Origin: a virus
Length of the DNA: 64,000 nucleotides
Virus record (IMG/VR): IMGVR_UViG_3300026382_000010
Location: 32,001-96,000 of that record
Direction: 5' to 3' (one strand)
A model generated the notes under the pieces. That model worked only from the letters and a program-made list of their open reading frames with translations. It searched no databases and had not been told where the DNA came from. Positions 61,464 through 64,000 of the stretch are shown in pieces. The position numbers and the translations under genes are program-made. Within the stretch, counting starts at the first letter, position 1. Each line of letters starts with the position of its first letter.

Positions 61464-61843
61464 TAACAATTATTAACTATGCCAAACAAAAGAGACATCT
61501 AGAGGAAACGATTTTGGCAGCTGTTCAACTTGCACCGCTTGATTATGGCGTGAATATAAAACTTGATCCATGTGGATCTCCTCAATCATTTAACGTAACT
61601 GTTAAAGGTGAACCTGTATTATCCGTTGATTGTATGAAAGATTTTTACGGTCAAATCTATGGATACAAATTTGATGGAATGTACAATGGGGTTCAATATT
61701 TAAAAAGAGATATTGATTCTTATGCAATACAAGATGAAGCAACTCATGTAATGGAAACACTATATACTCAAGACTATATAGAAAAAATAAAAGCGGAGGT
61801 TTTAGGCGATGAAGAAGATACACAAGATAGTACCAGTTACTAA
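61460..61843 (+). CDS. Hypothetical protein
   Basis: 127-aa ORF with an ATGA overlap. Confidence 0.65.
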   Translation: MITIINYAKQKRHLEETILAAVQLAPLDYGVNIKLDPCGSPQSFNVTVKGEPVLSVDCMKDFYGQIYGYKFDGMYNGVQYLKRDIDSYAIQDEATHVMETLYTQDYIEKIKAEVLGDEEDTQDSTSY

Positions 61844-62123
61844 TGCTAGAGTATCCTGGACTGATCCTGAAACACATGAAACCTACATTATTCCAAGTCA
61901 AGGAGTATACCTTGACGAACTTCCCGAACATGTGGTAAAATTCCTTCAAAAATTAAAACTTGTAAAAATTGTTGAAGTTGAGGAAGAAGAAGCTAAAAAT
62001 AAATTGAAAGAAGAACTTCAAAAATTAAATCCGTTTGCTTCTGAGAAAAAAGAAAAAGCAGTTAAACAAGATGCGCCAAATCATTTGACAATCGTAGCTG
62101 AAAAGAAAAATCCTGAAGCATAA
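61809..62123 (+). CDS. Hypothetical protein
   Basis: 104-aa ORF with GGAGGT RBS. Confidence 0.7.
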   Translation: MKKIHKIVPVTNARVSWTDPETHETYIIPSQGVYLDELPEHVVKFLQKLKLVKIVEVEEEEAKNKLKEELQKLNPFASEKKEKAVKQDAPNHLTIVAEKKNPEA

Positions 62124-62143
62124 AAAAGTAGAGGCAAAAAGTT

Positions 62144-62767
62144 ATGAGTACTGCAACTCTCGAAAAAATCAAATTACCAATTGCCTCGGATACAGAAAAA
62201 CTCGAAATCAAAAATGTTCATACTGACATTTATCTACCTTTATTTATTACGGAATTTGCCGATGAAAAACATTATACCAAATTTATAAAGAATGTAGAAC
62301 GCGTTGTTCGTGCATCACTTGAATACAAAATGTGGCTTAAATTTTTACGTGAAAATTTGGGTATGACAAAGTGTGTATTTACTGGAGAAACTCTTGAAGA
62401 AACTGATGATATCGAAATCCATCATCATCCCTTTACATTATATGACATTTGCAAAATTGTTGTAGATACTTATTTAAAACAAGGTAAACCATTTTGTACA
62501 TTTACAATCGCTATGGAAGTTATTCAATTGCATTTTCAGTTAAATGTAGGTTTTGTACCGATTGCGGGCACTTTGCATAAAAAATTCCATAATGGTTATT
62601 TGGAAATTCCTCGCGAGTACATTTACGGAAATCCAAAATATCTAATTGACAATTATTACGTAACAGAATCGCTTATTGAAAAATATGAAAAGTATATGTC
62701 TGTTACTTTAGATGCAGATATCTATCAAAAATCCTGGAATCTAAAGGATAGCGAAGATGGTTTATAA
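62144..62767 (+). CDS. HNH-like (beta-beta-alpha-metal) protein
   Basis: CVFTG...IEIHHHP...VGFVPI..TLHKKFH. Confidence 0.5.
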   Translation: MSTATLEKIKLPIASDTEKLEIKNVHTDIYLPLFITEFADEKHYTKFIKNVERVVRASLEYKMWLKFLRENLGMTKCVFTGETLEETDDIEIHHHPFTLYDICKIVVDTYLKQGKPFCTFTIAMEVIQLHFQLNVGFVPIAGTLHKKFHNGYLEIPREYIYGNPKYLIDNYYVTESLIEKYEKYMSVTLDADIYQKSWNLKDSEDGL

Positions 62768-63953
62768 TAGATTTTACGTCAAAAGTAGACTCTATGAAAC
62801 TCCAAACTATAAATTCTACGATCTACGAAATCTATTTTTGACAAGTCATGTATATTATGCACTTAAAGAAACTAGTACCGCCAGTTTACTCGAGAAAAAC
62901 TACTCTCTGGATATAATAGCATCACTTTTTTATTCAAGTACTGATGTAGACTATATTATCGCAACAATCTCAGGTTTCTCACGTTTTTATCTTGATGCAC
63001 TCAATGAAAAAGAAATCTATTTACCTGATGAAACTCTAATTTCAGAAATTACCATTTTATACGATCAATTTTTCGACGACGTATATTATACTCAATTAAC
63101 ATTTGATCCACAGGATACCTGGTTTACTAAACAAACTAGCTCAAGGAGTTCACTTTTTACTAAACTCCTAAATAAAGAGCTTATACTATATGATTTGAAT
63201 TACGAAGAAGTTGCAGGATTAATTTCGAACGATCCTGTGCAAATTTTCAACGTATACTTTAAGCAAAATAATATTCCAGCATATGCTCAATGGAATGCTG
63301 ATCGTTCAAAAATTGAAATTATTTCAACGGTTCCTTTAACATCATCAATTTTACTGCAACTGCTATTGAATGCAATTAAAAAATACAATGTGACAAAGTA
63401 TCCGCTAGAGAATATAGTAATCCGTACTCAAACTCAACTTATGAGTCAGCTATATACTATCATCACGGATTACTCCTATAAAAGCGAAACCAATTATCTG
63501 CTTGAGGATATTCCAGAAAATAAATACGATATCTTAATAAACTACCTTTTACAAAAGTATCCAGATTTAAAATTGGCGCAATATGAATTTGTTGGTGATT
63601 GTTTGCATTTACGCTTTCTAAAAACAAGCGAAAGTTTACCTGCATTTCTACTTGAATTATACATGATAATTCGTCAGAAATATAAGCGGATTCGAGTTTA
63701 CGTAATCCCAGCGTTAAATAAAGAGTTTTACATTGGAGCTCACTCCGATGTACTACAATTTTCACTGTTATGGAATGAAGATGATGTACTAAATGAAATT
63801 CTAAATTACCTAAGGGCTAAATATGGTAACTTTACACTTGAGGAAACTGATACTACAATTTACCTTACCAATGTTGAAAATCCAGAAAATATGCCACTGT
63901 TATTATTAATTCTAAGCAAAATCTTTCAAAAACCAGTAATTAAAAAGGACTAA
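62757..63953 (+). CDS. Baseplate wedge protein with a gp53/LysM-like N-terminus
   Basis: SLDIIASLFYSSTDVDYIIA...IYLP resembles the gp53/LysM motif. Confidence 0.5.
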   Translation: MVYNRFYVKSRLYETPNYKFYDLRNLFLTSHVYYALKETSTASLLEKNYSLDIIASLFYSSTDVDYIIATISGFSRFYLDALNEKEIYLPDETLISEITILYDQFFDDVYYTQLTFDPQDTWFTKQTSSRSSLFTKLLNKELILYDLNYEEVAGLISNDPVQIFNVYFKQNNIPAYAQWNADRSKIEIISTVPLTSSILLQLLLNAIKKYNVTKYPLENIVIRTQTQLMSQLYTIITDYSYKSETNYLLEDIPENKYDILINYLLQKYPDLKLAQYEFVGDCLHLRFLKTSESLPAFLLELYMIIRQKYKRIRVYVIPALNKEFYIGAHSDVLQFSLLWNEDDVLNEILNYLRAKYGNFTLEETDTTIYLTNVENPENMPLLLLILSKIFQKPVIKKD

Positions 63954-63957
63954 ATAA

Positions 63958-64000
63958 ATGGCAAATTTTGGAACTCTAATCCTAACCAATAAAGGGCGCG
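63958..64000 (+). CDS. Tail fibre protein N-terminus (3'-truncated)
   Basis: MANFGTLILTNKGR is a typical DUF3751 tail-fibre start. AAGGA RBS. Confidence 0.6.
   Translation, partial: MANFGTLILTNKGR

Noticed and set aside
1041-63765. Many 60-120 aa ORFs nested in or antisense to long genes (e.g. 1041, 2892, 3357, 8404, 15248, 22259, 30046, 49744, 61602, 63463)
   Set aside because: These are shadow ORFs overlapping well-supported genes, with no RBS or motifs noticed.
1-64000. CRISPR arrays, tRNA/rRNA genes, introns/inteins, transposases, alternative genetic code
   Set aside because: Intergenic gaps are short, no repeat-spacer units or cloverleaf folds were noticed, and conserved genes are full-length under the standard code.

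Overview
The window is an AT-rich, densely coding, mostly + strand segment of a large (jumbo-type) contractile-tailed bacteriophage genome. Strong AGGAGG Shine-Dalgarno sites, GC-rich hairpin terminators and a bacterial-type FolE indicate a bacterial host, possibly a thermophile or anaerobe (inference). Tail and baseplate genes are scattered: sheath, two tube paralogues, gp25-, gp26-, gp6- and gp53-like proteins, a PAAR spike tip and several tail-collar or fibre proteins. Metabolic genes include FolE, a split Gat-QueC, HPRT, a dNMP kinase, endonuclease III and a 5'-3' exonuclease. No capsid, portal, terminase, tRNA, CRISPR array or mobile element was recognised. Highlights: (1) a 7-deazaguanine (probably archaeosine) DNA-modification module, with a split, motif-altered Gat-QueC directly behind an HdrB-like CCG Fe-S protein; (2) an Asp-Ser-Asn (DSN) tripeptide seen 29 times, essentially only in putative virion proteins, a candidate site for a modification such as glycosylation; (3) a candidate +1 frameshift (CTT-TTT-CGT-C) extending the gp26-like protein in the manner of the lambda G/GT tail chaperones; (4) a pair of membrane M48-like proteases, one active and one catalytically dead; (5) loop-less perfect palindromes after highly expressed genes. 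All family calls come from motif recognition by eye, not database searches.
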